Shown here: piece by piece, positions 48,671 to 58,736 of the stretch
How the letters are laid out: every line of letters begins with the position of its first letter
Position numbering within the stretch: the first letter of the stretch is position 1
Source: a virus
Taxonomy: Duplodnaviria > Caudoviricetes
IMG/VR virus record: IMGVR_UViG_3300037453_000168
Coordinates: 1-64,000 of that record
Direction: 5' to 3' (one strand)
Length of the DNA stretch: 64,000 nt
Position numbers and translations under genes: made by a program
Notes under the pieces: generated by a model
Told to the model about the DNA's origin: nothing
The model's database searches: none
The model's input: only the letters and a program-made list of their open reading frames with translations

Positions 48671-50807
48671 GCAGATAGAGAAGAAGGACTGCCCTGGCGG
48701 TATGCACGCCCATACGGGCTATACAGCATGCCATCCGTTGGATAAGCCCCATCGCCCTGGTTCTTCCGCAGACCTGTACCATCAGCAGACGGGCATAGAG
48801 AACACATGGTATCGCAATCACGGAACGACCCGTGAGGATTACGAGAAGGAACATCCCAAGGACAGCACCCCTAAGGCCCCCGAATCCACGGGCGAACCCT
48901 CGGAACCAGAATCCGAATCAAAGCCCAAGCCAGAGCCTGAATCGGATTACAGGGACGAGAAGGTGCCTGGCGTACACCAATGGGATTCCATGAGGGAGAT
49001 TAAGGCGACCAATCCCAAGCTATACAAGAACGTGAGTTCAGCCCGCGAGGTATTGAGGAAGTACGAGGGGAAGGAGGGCGTGAAGTCATCACAGATATAC
49101 AAGCAGTTCGCAAGGGCTCTCCTGAAAGACGTCAAGGACGGATACGGCAAACCCGTAGAACCTCATATAAACCCTCAGCTGTTCAACAGGGTCGAACCGA
49201 GATACGCAATCCAATTCCTCAACGACATATTGAAATCGGCGGAGGAATGCCCGATAGGATGCAGAGCGGTGAAGGACATCAGACTGTATTCGAATAAGGG
49301 TTCCTCTACGCTCATGGCATATCGCTATTACGGTATCGGGTTCGAAGTGAATACGGCGCACAATCTCAAAGACCGCAAAATCGGTTCCAAAGCCACCCTG
49401 ACCAACCTCAAAGGAGAGGAAACGGAATGGGACTTCCACTTCAAAGGACAGGATACGACGAACTCCATAGACCACGAATACGGTCATTCCGTATCCAGAG
49501 AGATATCCGCGCTCAGAATGATGTCCGACGAGGTGATACCAAGGAAGTTCATCGCATCGGAATTGAGGGAATATGCATCCAAGAAATATGATGAGGATGA
49601 CAACAGACCCTCGAAGGAGAGATGGGGCATGTACATCGGCGAATACATCCTACCTCTGTCTGGGCATAAATACGGCGAACCCGAATATTACAAGTACGGG
49701 GAGATTAGAATATCTAGGTGCGACGAGAGCATCGTATCGGATATACAGAAGATTGCGGAAAGATACGGATGCGAGGTAAAGATTGACAAGAAGGAGAAAC
49801 ACTACAAATCTCTCGATTCCGAACGTCCCGACCTATATAAATTCACACTCAGGTTTGAGAAGTCGAAGAAGGGCATACCCGATGCAATCAAGGAGAAGTT
49901 CAAGGAAGACCCCCTCAGCACGCTCGATAAGATGGAATACGAACTCGACTATGCGGACAAGATTGCGACAGAACGTGTGAAGGATTGCGAGGAACTCTAT
50001 AAGAAGATATACAACGTGGACAGAATCGACCCTACCGACGTATATTCTGGATACGGTTTCTCCGCAACATCGGGATTCGATAAGAAGATATCCGCAGACA
50101 GCATGAAGGGCAGGTCATGCGAGGAGAGGTTCGCAGAGGCCTATGCGGATTTCGTCATCCGTGGGGAGAACGCCAACTCCATGTCGAAACTCCTTGTCGC
50201 TCATTCCCAATACACCTATCACAGATGCATGCTGGATTACGAAGGCTCGTTCGAGGATTTCGTGAAGGACAAGATAGGCATGGACAAGTTCGAAAGGCTG
50301 ATTACGAAGTCCATCGACAGGATAGAGGACGTCAATCTAAGATTCGTAGATTCTATCAAGAAGGGTATCGAAAACAGACAAAACGACACCATCCGCAAGC
50401 ATCAGGCATTCATCGAGTCCGTCAGAAAGCAGTTCGATATGAGAACGACGAAATACAGAGTGCCTAAGAGATTGATAGCATTCGGACAGGAATATACCTT
50501 GGATAATGGGTATCTCCAACCCGAAGACGATTCGGACACGGCATCGGGAACACAATACAGATTCGTCACGAAGCACGATTTTTGGAAGGAATACGATGAA
50601 GGCGAGGGTCAGAATCCCGATAGCACCACGATAATCCTCTACGACAACGGTCGTACTTGGGCGAGCTATATGGATTCCAAGCCAGATAAGTCCGATATGA
50701 GGTCGGGAGTAATCTGCACCGAATGGGGTTTCATCTGTTACAACTGCACTCCCACAAGGGATGATGACGGGCATGGGGATTACATATACGATGTAGAACT
50801 CAATTGA
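48654..50807 (+). CDS. Large protein with zincin-like metallopeptidase motif
   Basis: IDHEYGH (HExxH) and distal EERFAEAYADF; N-terminal C..H.H..C.H motif. Confidence 0.7.
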   Translation: MKDSSEQIEKKDCPGGMHAHTGYTACHPLDKPHRPGSSADLYHQQTGIENTWYRNHGTTREDYEKEHPKDSTPKAPESTGEPSEPESESKPKPEPESDYRDEKVPGVHQWDSMREIKATNPKLYKNVSSAREVLRKYEGKEGVKSSQIYKQFARALLKDVKDGYGKPVEPHINPQLFNRVEPRYAIQFLNDILKSAEECPIGCRAVKDIRLYSNKGSSTLMAYRYYGIGFEVNTAHNLKDRKIGSKATLTNLKGEETEWDFHFKGQDTTNSIDHEYGHSVSREISALRMMSDEVIPRKFIASELREYASKKYDEDDNRPSKERWGMYIGEYILPLSGHKYGEPEYYKYGEIRISRCDESIVSDIQKIAERYGCEVKIDKKEKHYKSLDSERPDLYKFTLRFEKSKKGIPDAIKEKFKEDPLSTLDKMEYELDYADKIATERVKDCEELYKKIYNVDRIDPTDVYSGYGFSATSGFDKKISADSMKGRSCEERFAEAYADFVIRGENANSMSKLLVAHSQYTYHRCMLDYEGSFEDFVKDKIGMDKFERLITKSIDRIEDVNLRFVDSIKKGIENRQNDTIRKHQAFIESVRKQFDMRTTKYRVPKRLIAFGQEYTLDNGYLQPEDDSDTASGTQYRFVTKHDFWKEYDEGEGQNPDSTTIILYDNGRTWASYMDSKPDKSDMRSGVICTEWGFICYNCTPTRDDDGHGDYIYDVELN

Positions 50808-50943
50808 AACGGTGCTAAGAAACTGAAGGATTGAATTTTCCTGAAAGTACAAACCGCCCGTGTATGATTTGTACTTTCGTACAAACCTCTTCCTCATTTT
50901 CCAATTAAAATAGTTATATAACTGATAATCAAGGTTAAGGTTC

Positions 50944-52269
50944 ATGTACTCCAATATCTCCGAACTCCCCACAGAGGTCAAGAACGCATTGGACGAGGAC
51001 GATTGCAAAATATTCCTTGAAAAATTCAATGAGAAGAACCCTCAGACCGAAGAAGAATATAGGGACGCTATGAGGTACGCATGGGAATGTTGCAAGAACC
51101 TGCCCTCGTCGTTCTCGTTCGATATAATCGCATCGGTCGAGGATGTAGATTCGGACGGGGAGCTAATCACAATCAAATCGTTATCCGACCAGATGGATAA
51201 GTTCATCGAGCAGGGCGGTGTCGTTCAATCGGAGCATGGGGACTATCGCACAGCGCATATATGGGGGTGGGATGAGTACACCGACCCCGACACAGGATAT
51301 CCTGGGGTGCTTGTCCATGGCAACGTGTTCGGGGGTCGTGGGGAGAACTCGGAATATGCGAAGGCCAGACAGGACTTCCTGAACGGTAAGAACAACCTGT
51401 CAATCGCTGGCGATGCATCAATCGAAGGCTACGAATGCGACAAGGGAAGATGTTTCGTCAGGAGGAATCTGACTCAGCTTATGGAGATTTCTCTGGTAGA
51501 CAGCCCAGCGAACCCCTATGCTAAAATGCTCTGGTACAACGACAAGGCCATCGTGAAAGGGAACACGAATCTCAAAGTCAAGAACGTAGGCATCCACAAA
51601 TCCTACAATGAATGCGATTTGGAAATGCTGAGGAAGAAACTCTCCGATTTCGATACAAAGATTACCTCGAAGGGACTGATAGTCAAGGATAAGGTTTCCG
51701 TAGGGATTTCTGCGGAATCCGTAGAAATCGTCAAATCAAAAATCAAAACACTCGGGCAACTTGTCGAGGTGTCTTCGGATTCCGTAGTAATCGATACGAA
51801 TAAGCGCATCTTGGAGCGTGAATTCAAGAAGTCCTTCGACAATAAGGAATGCGATACCGACGGCATTCTGACCAAGAACGTCGGAAAAGGAAGGTTCACA
51901 GAACTTTTCAACCGCTCGCTGATAAGACCGAACAAGGACGGTATATGGGCATTCGACGGTTCGATATTGAAGAACCGTGACGAGGATTGGGATGATAACG
52001 GCAATTACATAGGCCCGAAGAACACGATTTACGTCTGGGATGCCAACGGGAACGAGATTCTGTGTTTCGCTCCCGTCGACGAGCACGATACCTCCGACGG
52101 CTGGTCCATATCGAATGTCGGTTCGGAGAGATACTGGAAGTCCGATTCATGGGGCAGTCATTGGGATTCGATAGATGAAGTGGTCGATGCAATCAGACGG
52201 CATAAGCGCAACGTGACGATTAAGAGAGGGGTCTATTGGGACGATGCCAATTACCTTGAGGATATCTAA
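50944..52269 (+). CDS. ChaB-like domain plus HK97-type prohead protease plus C-terminal extension
   Basis: MYSNISELP..AW..K (ChaB-like); ASVEDVDSDGE, HG, LSIAG, EISLVDSPANP. Confidence 0.85.
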   Translation: MYSNISELPTEVKNALDEDDCKIFLEKFNEKNPQTEEEYRDAMRYAWECCKNLPSSFSFDIIASVEDVDSDGELITIKSLSDQMDKFIEQGGVVQSEHGDYRTAHIWGWDEYTDPDTGYPGVLVHGNVFGGRGENSEYAKARQDFLNGKNNLSIAGDASIEGYECDKGRCFVRRNLTQLMEISLVDSPANPYAKMLWYNDKAIVKGNTNLKVKNVGIHKSYNECDLEMLRKKLSDFDTKITSKGLIVKDKVSVGISAESVEIVKSKIKTLGQLVEVSSDSVVIDTNKRILEREFKKSFDNKECDTDGILTKNVGKGRFTELFNRSLIRPNKDGIWAFDGSILKNRDEDWDDNGNYIGPKNTIYVWDANGNEILCFAPVDEHDTSDGWSISNVGSERYWKSDSWGSHWDSIDEVVDAIRRHKRNVTIKRGVYWDDANYLEDI

Positions 52270-52322
52270 TAAAATGAAATATATACTTCAATATATATTT
52301 ACAATCAAAAACAGGTGGTAGG

Positions 52323-52973
52323 ATGTACGAATTTCAGATAAAGAAGATGAGAAACATACAGAAATCGAGGTACACGTTCAAGGTAGATACATCTTCTGCG
52401 ACGATAGGACAGCCCGTCAAAGGCGGTCAGTTCGACAGCAGAGATTACGTCATACCCCTCTCGAACCTGTCGGTAAAGTTCGGGAGGGAGGTCATCGCAA
52501 GCGGTCTGTCTGGAGAAATCTACATAAACGAATCCGATTTGATGGATACGGCCGAGGAAGACGGACTGTACGAGAGGATGTACGCAGAACTCATAACGTC
52601 CCGTGAGAGGAAACTCGAAGAGGAACACGGGAACGATGATGACTTCGGCGAACTCGAAGAACAGCTATGGGATGAACTCATAAAGGTGAACCGCAGACTC
52701 GATGATGCGTTCGACAACATATCCTATGAGCTACTGTCAATCGGCAGGATTCCTGCGATATCGTTCAAGGGATTCGTCTACGACGGGGATTCGGAGTTGG
52801 AGGACGAGTATGTAGATGAACTCAAAATGAAATTCACTTGCAGACTGTCGATACCCGACTTCGGGGAACACGAAATCACGGCGGAGACAGATTCCGCATC
52901 CTTCGTCCCGTCCGACGGGATGATTGACGAGATGATTTCCTATATGGAAATGGAGAACGAGGAAACGGAGTGA
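52323..52973 (+). CDS. Acidic putative internal head protein
   Basis: MYEFQIKKMRNIQKS leader. Confidence 0.7.
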   Translation: MYEFQIKKMRNIQKSRYTFKVDTSSATIGQPVKGGQFDSRDYVIPLSNLSVKFGREVIASGLSGEIYINESDLMDTAEEDGLYERMYAELITSRERKLEEEHGNDDDFGELEEQLWDELIKVNRRLDDAFDNISYELLSIGRIPAISFKGFVYDGDSELEDEYVDELKMKFTCRLSIPDFGEHEITAETDSASFVPSDGMIDEMISYMEMENEETE

Positions 52974-52992
52974 CGATTCGCATTGAACTATT

Positions 52993-53931
52993 ATGAGGGA
53001 TACTATGGAAGATATAGGCAAGATGATAGGGGACAGACGCTGGTTCAGGGAGAGGGGTCAAATCTTCAAGGAAATGGCACCCGACATGACGGCGCAGATG
53101 AATGACTATGCCTTTATGATAGACGAAATCATAACGGATTTCGGTCTTAAAGGCGGATACGCATTATCCGAAGAGGACGGACATACGACGATGATATTCA
53201 ACGTCAACGACTGCACGAAACCCTGCGACAAGTATCAGACATCGCAGGACGGGGATTGGCTGTCCGTTCAGTTGGATTCGATATCGAAGGAGTGCGGTTC
53301 TGCTGGTGTAGGCGGAGGGTACTCACAGGCGAGATATTCCGATAAGACCGAGAAATCGGATTTGACTCCCGATGATGACCTATACAGGGATATCAAGAGT
53401 AGCGGTAACCTGGTAAGGGAAATCGATAACGGTGACGGCACCCGTACCGAACTCTACGGTTGGCAATCCGAATATGAGTCGGGGTACAGCCCATGCATAT
53501 ATAGGTTCGTGCTTATCGGAGACTCTATGGTAGATGGAGAGATATATGTCACTCCGAGAGCGGTCAGAGATGCATGCGACCAATTCAGTCTAGCATATCC
53601 GTTCCTTCTCAAATCCAAGAAGTCCAAGGTCAAGAAGTCCACCGATGCCCTGCTCCATCTCAAACCGCTCGGTCAATGGTATCACATGACTTCCGACGGA
53701 TATCCCGATTACGTCACCGAAGAGTTCGCAATCCGCATGGAGGATTATGGGGACACACCGCAGGACAATGCGGATTATCTCGCAGACTATTGCGAGAGGG
53801 TCTATGACGGCTCCCGTTGGATTGGCAACGTGGACCATTACTACATCGTTGAGGACAACGATATCAAGGAGATAAGCAGGGATGATGCGAAAGCCCTTGC
53901 AAAATCCAAGACCAATAAGAATGGAAGATGA
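52993..53931 (+). CDS. Acidic putative internal head protein
   Basis: KSKKSKVKKS and KSKTNK motifs. Confidence 0.7.
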   Translation: MRDTMEDIGKMIGDRRWFRERGQIFKEMAPDMTAQMNDYAFMIDEIITDFGLKGGYALSEEDGHTTMIFNVNDCTKPCDKYQTSQDGDWLSVQLDSISKECGSAGVGGGYSQARYSDKTEKSDLTPDDDLYRDIKSSGNLVREIDNGDGTRTELYGWQSEYESGYSPCIYRFVLIGDSMVDGEIYVTPRAVRDACDQFSLAYPFLLKSKKSKVKKSTDALLHLKPLGQWYHMTSDGYPDYVTEEFAIRMEDYGDTPQDNADYLADYCERVYDGSRWIGNVDHYYIVEDNDIKEISRDDAKALAKSKTNKNGR

Positions 53932-54165
53932 GAGGACATCGAGAGGTTAAATACTACAAACCCGTTACTAAATCTGTCTTGGATAGGTAAATCTACCTTG
54001 ATGACTTGGACCATAGGCCCGAACCGTGCCTACGAAAGTGAAACGGTTCACATATTCTCATACATTTTATGATATTACGGATACCGTCGTTATGGTACTC
54101 CGACCTGTTCAATTCAAAAAGGCTTATAAGCGTTAATCAGAATCTCTTGCCAAAGAGGTCTATAA

Positions 54166-55098
54166 ATGGATAGTGATACCGCATGGGCGCAATTCAAGAA
54201 GAACAATCAGACCTCGGTAGAGGATAAACTCGACGTCATCCTTGCACAGCAACAGGAGATTATCACCGATACATCCCGTGTCGCTGACCTCGTTCCCCTC
54301 GTTACGGGGGACAAGGCGGAGGAGGACGCTTTGGAGGAAACGGGCGATTTGGAAGAGGTGCCTGACGAATCCATTGACGAGGATGCCCCTCTCGAAGATT
54401 CGGGAGAGATATCCGAGGACGAGGACAATCCATTCGCTTTCCTCGATGAATCCGACGATTCAGGCGACGAGAACCAAGAGTATGATGGGGAATACCTATC
54501 AGACGATGGAATCGCCGAGGATGACGGAGAATACGAGGAAACTGACGAGGATTCGGATGTCGAGGACTTCGACTATCCCGAAGAGGATGAATCCGAAGAG
54601 GATTACGAATCCTCAGAGGAATCCGACGAGCCGTATGAAAGCGACGAGTCCGACGAGGAAACTGACGAGGACGGTCATCAGAGCCAATCCGAGGAATCCG
54701 ATGAAGAGGAATCATACGACGAATCGGAGGATGTTGAATCGGAGGACGAATCCGAAGAGGATGAATCCGATGAAGAGGACTACATCTCATTCGACGAGAT
54801 TGACGAGGACGAAGAATCCGACGAGATTGACGAGGACGATAAGGCGAAGAAATCCGCCCGTCCAGACACAAAGACCATCAAATCCGTGTCGGACAAGGCA
54901 CGCATGACGGTGATATCGAGAGTCCAAAGACCCGATGATTCCCTATCGTTCGGAAGGTCGAGCAATTCCGACCAGATTGCCGATGCTCTTTTCAAATCCG
55001 CAAAGGAGTTCGAGATAGGGTTCGGCATAGACCCCCATAAGGTAGTCGAGAAGGATTGGGCGGATTACCGCATGATGAAGAAACTAAACTCATTCTGA
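54166..55098 (+). CDS. Scaffolding-type protein with very acidic low-complexity core
   Basis: Directly upstream of the MCP; D/E/S repeats. Confidence 0.7.
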   Translation: MDSDTAWAQFKKNNQTSVEDKLDVILAQQQEIITDTSRVADLVPLVTGDKAEEDALEETGDLEEVPDESIDEDAPLEDSGEISEDEDNPFAFLDESDDSGDENQEYDGEYLSDDGIAEDDGEYEETDEDSDVEDFDYPEEDESEEDYESSEESDEPYESDESDEETDEDGHQSQSEESDEEESYDESEDVESEDESEEDESDEEDYISFDEIDEDEESDEIDEDDKAKKSARPDTKTIKSVSDKARMTVISRVQRPDDSLSFGRSSNSDQIADALFKSAKEFEIGFGIDPHKVVEKDWADYRMMKKLNSF

Positions 55099-55113
55099 TT
55101 TCAAAGTGATAAC

Positions 55114-56337
55114 ATGACTGGAGATATTTCAAGGGGAATCACTCAGATTGGCGGAGAACTCGTTACCATCGGGTACTCCAACAACGGAGCTGGAACCAAA
55201 GCGCTTATCAATGACTTCTATGACGAACAGCTCCGTATCGGAAAGTCGGCTGGATTCACAGGATACGGCACGGCTGGCGTATTCAACGCAATCATGGGAA
55301 AGGAGATTACGGCTGGCATGTTCGCATCCAACAACATCCTCACCGCCATCGGTGCAAGGCCCTACGACCATGAGGGAATGCGTATCGCATACGACCTCGC
55401 TCAGAAGGGCGGAATCGGAACAAGGAGGGAGGGACACATCCCCGACTCCGTGAAGATGCCCATCAAGCAGGTGCGCCAGCCCTACAAGGAGCTTCCGTTC
55501 TCGTTCAACTACGGACTCGGACTGAAAGCCCTTGAATCCAAGGACGATACCATCGCATACCAGCAGTACATCGACATGATGACCGCCAACTACTCCGATG
55601 CGCTCGACTACGACCTTCTCCGTCCGATTACCGAGGCCCAGCCCGTGGACAACGGAGAGGAAATCTGCCTGACTGGAATCGAGAGGGCAATCGCATCCTC
55701 CGTAGAGGTCGGAGAGACCTACGGAACCGTGGCAATCACAGGCGATATGGTCTCCCCCTACGGCGGAGTCGCATCCGACCTGTACGACGTCCGTACCGCC
55801 AGCACTCAGAACAACTTCGACGGATACGTCAACAACGTCGAGGGAGTCCTCTCGCTGGATGACATGAACGGCCTGTATTCTGGATGCGCACCCTATTGGG
55901 CGGACCAGGCGAACCCCAACAACAAGATATTCGGAATGTCCGTCGTGGCATTGGAGAAGATTTCTGGACTGATGAACTCTCAGAACCTCTGGCTCGAGTC
56001 CGTGTTCGTGCAGAGGGACTTCAACGGCGTCAAGACCATGCCTGGAAGGGAGGTCGGAGGTATCCTCGCATCCGCATATAGGAACATCCCTATCATCATG
56101 GACGGTAACTACAACTACGATGCGACCACCAAGAGGATTGGGGGCTCGCTCGGAACAATCGGACTCTACGACCTCGACAACCTCTATATGAGACTGCTCA
56201 CTCCTGTCGAGTTCCGCAGTACCGAGGACTATTCCATCACAAGGGAACTTCAGGAGTTCAATGTGATGCAGTCCCGTATGGAAACTGGAATCTCCAAGTT
56301 CCTCGGACAGGGAAGGATAGTCAACAAGACCGCTTGA
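55114..56337 (+). CDS. Major capsid protein (HK97-fold, inferred)
   Basis: Position after protease and scaffold; 407 aa; strongest codon bias; followed by a terminator. Confidence 0.85.
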   Translation: MTGDISRGITQIGGELVTIGYSNNGAGTKALINDFYDEQLRIGKSAGFTGYGTAGVFNAIMGKEITAGMFASNNILTAIGARPYDHEGMRIAYDLAQKGGIGTRREGHIPDSVKMPIKQVRQPYKELPFSFNYGLGLKALESKDDTIAYQQYIDMMTANYSDALDYDLLRPITEAQPVDNGEEICLTGIERAIASSVEVGETYGTVAITGDMVSPYGGVASDLYDVRTASTQNNFDGYVNNVEGVLSLDDMNGLYSGCAPYWADQANPNNKIFGMSVVALEKISGLMNSQNLWLESVFVQRDFNGVKTMPGREVGGILASAYRNIPIIMDGNYNYDATTKRIGGSLGTIGLYDLDNLYMRLLTPVEFRSTEDYSITRELQEFNVMQSRMETGISKFLGQGRIVNKTA

Positions 56338-56343
56338 AAACAA

Positions 56344-56370
56344 GAGGGGGCCTATACCCCTCAATTTTCC
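56344..56370 (+). terminator. GC hairpin plus T tract
   Basis: gagggg-gcctata-cccctc then aattttcc. Confidence 0.7.
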
Positions 56371-56418
56371 CTAATTTTATATTATTTCCAGATTATCACT
56401 TGTTCAAAGTGATAAATC

Positions 56419-57963
56419 ATGGCCAATGAGTTCGCACTTAAAAAACTGCAACAGCACGGTTTCGTACCCAAGTTCGCAGTTACAAAGACGAAGAAATCCA
56501 AGATTAAGAAGTTCGAGGACGTCTACTATGTTCCTCTCGCATACATCGGTATGGCGGAACTCAGAGCACACTCTCCGACAAAGAATTACAATAGAGAATA
56601 TTCCTGCAATATTCCGTTTTCCACAGAGGCTGGCGATGGACATGTTGTAATATATATGCATATCTACAATGATAATGCATATTCCTATTCAAACTCTGAC
56701 TACGACGTCTATCGTGAAATGGAGGATAGATTCGACCGCGACCCCAACGATACCGAGGCCGAGACATATCTTCAAAATTATAATCTCCGTAGAGAGAACA
56801 CATCCGATGTAGTCAATATCAAAGTCACAGGTGCTATGAAATACTATATCTCGGGATTGCTCGGTGCTGGAACAGAATGTGTTTATAATATATCCCTCAA
56901 AGAACGTTATGATGTTCAAGAGGCCCTCGACCAATTCGCTCAATCTTCCGAAACAGGATGGAGCAAAGTGATGGAGAAAGTGAACGAGGCCCTTGCTGGT
57001 CAGGAGGTATTCGAGCAGGCTGGAGAGTCCCTGCCTACCGAGATTTCCATATCTACAGGTTTCGGAGACCTGTTATTGAAGATAGATGAGGTCTATTACG
57101 CTACATACGGTGCATACATGGGTGAAGTTATGGGCGTAGAGGATAAAGTACAGGCCGACGTGTCTGTAATCCTTCAGCCTATCAAAGATGATGAGACTAG
57201 ATACGAAGGTCAAAGGTACGGGCGTGAGTCCAGTATAAGGGAGAGGTCGTTCACACCGAAAGGATATGATATATCCGTCATAGGACGCATCACGGACTAT
57301 AACACGCAACTCAGTACGGGCCATGAACCTAAAAGGGAGTCTTGGACGAGGGATTTCGGACACGAGGGTGCATCCACTCTCGACGAGGCGAAATCCATTA
57401 TCGGACAGAACATCAAGGAAATCTATGACGAGTGGACCGCTTTCGTAGAATCCGAGAGAAACTATGAGAGGGAGGGACACGGCAGAGGTCGTTCCGCAAC
57501 CTATGAGAATACTGCTGAATGGGCATGGAACTACGGAGATACAAAGGATGATGTGAATTACGAAGAATTCCAAGACAGGGAGATGGCAGATAGGGTCGAA
57601 TCCGAAGTCAAATCACTTGTTCCAGAGCTATACAGATTCGTATATATTTCTGCGAATGATGATTACAACGACAGAGGATATTCTTATTTCATTTTGAATC
57701 TGAGAGAACGTAGTACAGATTCGGATAAAGTGAATGCTGTTAAGACCATCCTTGAAATGAATGGTTATCAGATATTGGATGTATTAAGTGGCTATGGCGG
57801 TTATGTGAACATCTTGTTCTATCCATCCGTCTATAAGACCAAGAAGATGAAGAAATCCATCAAGCAGACCTACATGAACCTCGTCAAGTCCCTCTCCAAA
57901 ACGAGGAACACGACCAAAGCAGAATCATCAATAAAAAACAAAGTCGCCAATCAAAGGAAGTGA
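56419..57963 (+). CDS. Putative internal head protein
   Basis: MANEFALKKLQQHG..KKSKIKK leader; basic KS-rich tail. Confidence 0.7.
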   Translation: MANEFALKKLQQHGFVPKFAVTKTKKSKIKKFEDVYYVPLAYIGMAELRAHSPTKNYNREYSCNIPFSTEAGDGHVVIYMHIYNDNAYSYSNSDYDVYREMEDRFDRDPNDTEAETYLQNYNLRRENTSDVVNIKVTGAMKYYISGLLGAGTECVYNISLKERYDVQEALDQFAQSSETGWSKVMEKVNEALAGQEVFEQAGESLPTEISISTGFGDLLLKIDEVYYATYGAYMGEVMGVEDKVQADVSVILQPIKDDETRYEGQRYGRESSIRERSFTPKGYDISVIGRITDYNTQLSTGHEPKRESWTRDFGHEGASTLDEAKSIIGQNIKEIYDEWTAFVESERNYEREGHGRGRSATYENTAEWAWNYGDTKDDVNYEEFQDREMADRVESEVKSLVPELYRFVYISANDDYNDRGYSYFILNLRERSTDSDKVNAVKTILEMNGYQILDVLSGYGGYVNILFYPSVYKTKKMKKSIKQTYMNLVKSLSKTRNTTKAESSIKNKVANQRK

Positions 57964-57967
57964 TGCT

Positions 57968-58513
57968 ATGTATGAGTTCATGGTAAAAAAATTGAAAGAA
58001 AGGAATTATGTCCCCCTATCTAAAACTGAGAAGTCAAAAACCGAGAAGGATAGGGCTGTCGGACCAGGCTATGAGCTGGATTATGATAGGATTGCCGACG
58101 AGATATTCCAGATAATGCTCGAGTCCAGACAGCGCAATGGCGATTTTGGGATGGACGCATTTAAAGCATATGAGGAATGGGAATCGAGGAACTATTCTAT
58201 CATCAGGTTCGATGAGCATGGCTATGAGGATTATGATTTCAAACTCATCGACATGGTTGAGAACAAAGTCATAGACTACGACAGACAGATGCAGAGGGAG
58301 ACTATGGATAAGGTATTCGACCTTGAATACAACGACCTTGTTAAATTCAAGGATGGAGAGTACTACGTTAAATCCACCAACGACAAGCGTTCATACAACG
58401 GTTGTATGATTTGGGCAGGTCCAGAAAAAGACAGCGAACACGGCTGGTATATCTCTGTTTCTGATTTCATAAAAATCATTGAACGGTCAAACAGCGGCGA
58501 AAGGCTCTTTTAA
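57968..58513 (+). CDS. Putative internal head protein
   Basis: MYEFMVKKLKERN..KSKTEK leader. Confidence 0.7.
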   Translation: MYEFMVKKLKERNYVPLSKTEKSKTEKDRAVGPGYELDYDRIADEIFQIMLESRQRNGDFGMDAFKAYEEWESRNYSIIRFDEHGYEDYDFKLIDMVENKVIDYDRQMQRETMDKVFDLEYNDLVKFKDGEYYVKSTNDKRSYNGCMIWAGPEKDSEHGWYISVSDFIKIIERSNSGERLF

Positions 58514-58524
58514 ACTGCATTAAA

Positions 58525-58539
58525 GGGGGAGATTCCCCC
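58525..58539 (+). terminator. GC hairpin
   Basis: ggggga-gat-tccccc. Confidence 0.55.
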
Positions 58540-58555
58540 CTCTAAATATATACAT

Positions 58556-58630
58556 AAGAATATATTTTATATACTTCAATGTGTTATTCGATTCTGTAAA
58601 CCTTCGGGTTTACAGGAGTGAATTGAAATG
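58556..58630 (+). promoter_or_regulatory. Promoter plus leader hairpin cassette, copy 3
   Basis: ctgtaaacc-ttcg-ggtttacag, SD ggagtga, ATG58628. Confidence 0.8.
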
Positions 58631-58735
58631 CAGACTTGGATTCTTGACCCGAAATCGGGCAGATACGAACCTCACGAGGTCGTATCGGAGAACAGCACGA
58701 AACAGACCACCCTCGATTTCTCGGAGGACGATTGA
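58628..58735 (+). CDS. Small hypothetical protein
   Basis: Follows the leader cassette. Confidence 0.55.
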   Translation: MQTWILDPKSGRYEPHEVVSENSTKQTTLDFSEDD

Positions 58736-58736
58736 G

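Noticed and set aside
53995-54050. Hammerhead-ribozyme-like words (TGATGA..GAAAC)
   Set aside because: The CUGANGA core and the stem order/cleavage triplet do not match.
54340-54850. GA-rich repeats (gacgaatcc/gaggat) as a satellite or regulatory array
   Set aside because: Simply encode the acidic low-complexity core of the scaffold-like protein.
55129-56364. 411-aa minus-strand ORF opposite the MCP (and similar long antisense ORFs at 1834-2787, 27159-27839, 32633-33370)
   Set aside because: Shadow ORFs produced by the strong codon bias of the + strand gene; no SD or promoter and no recognisable motifs.
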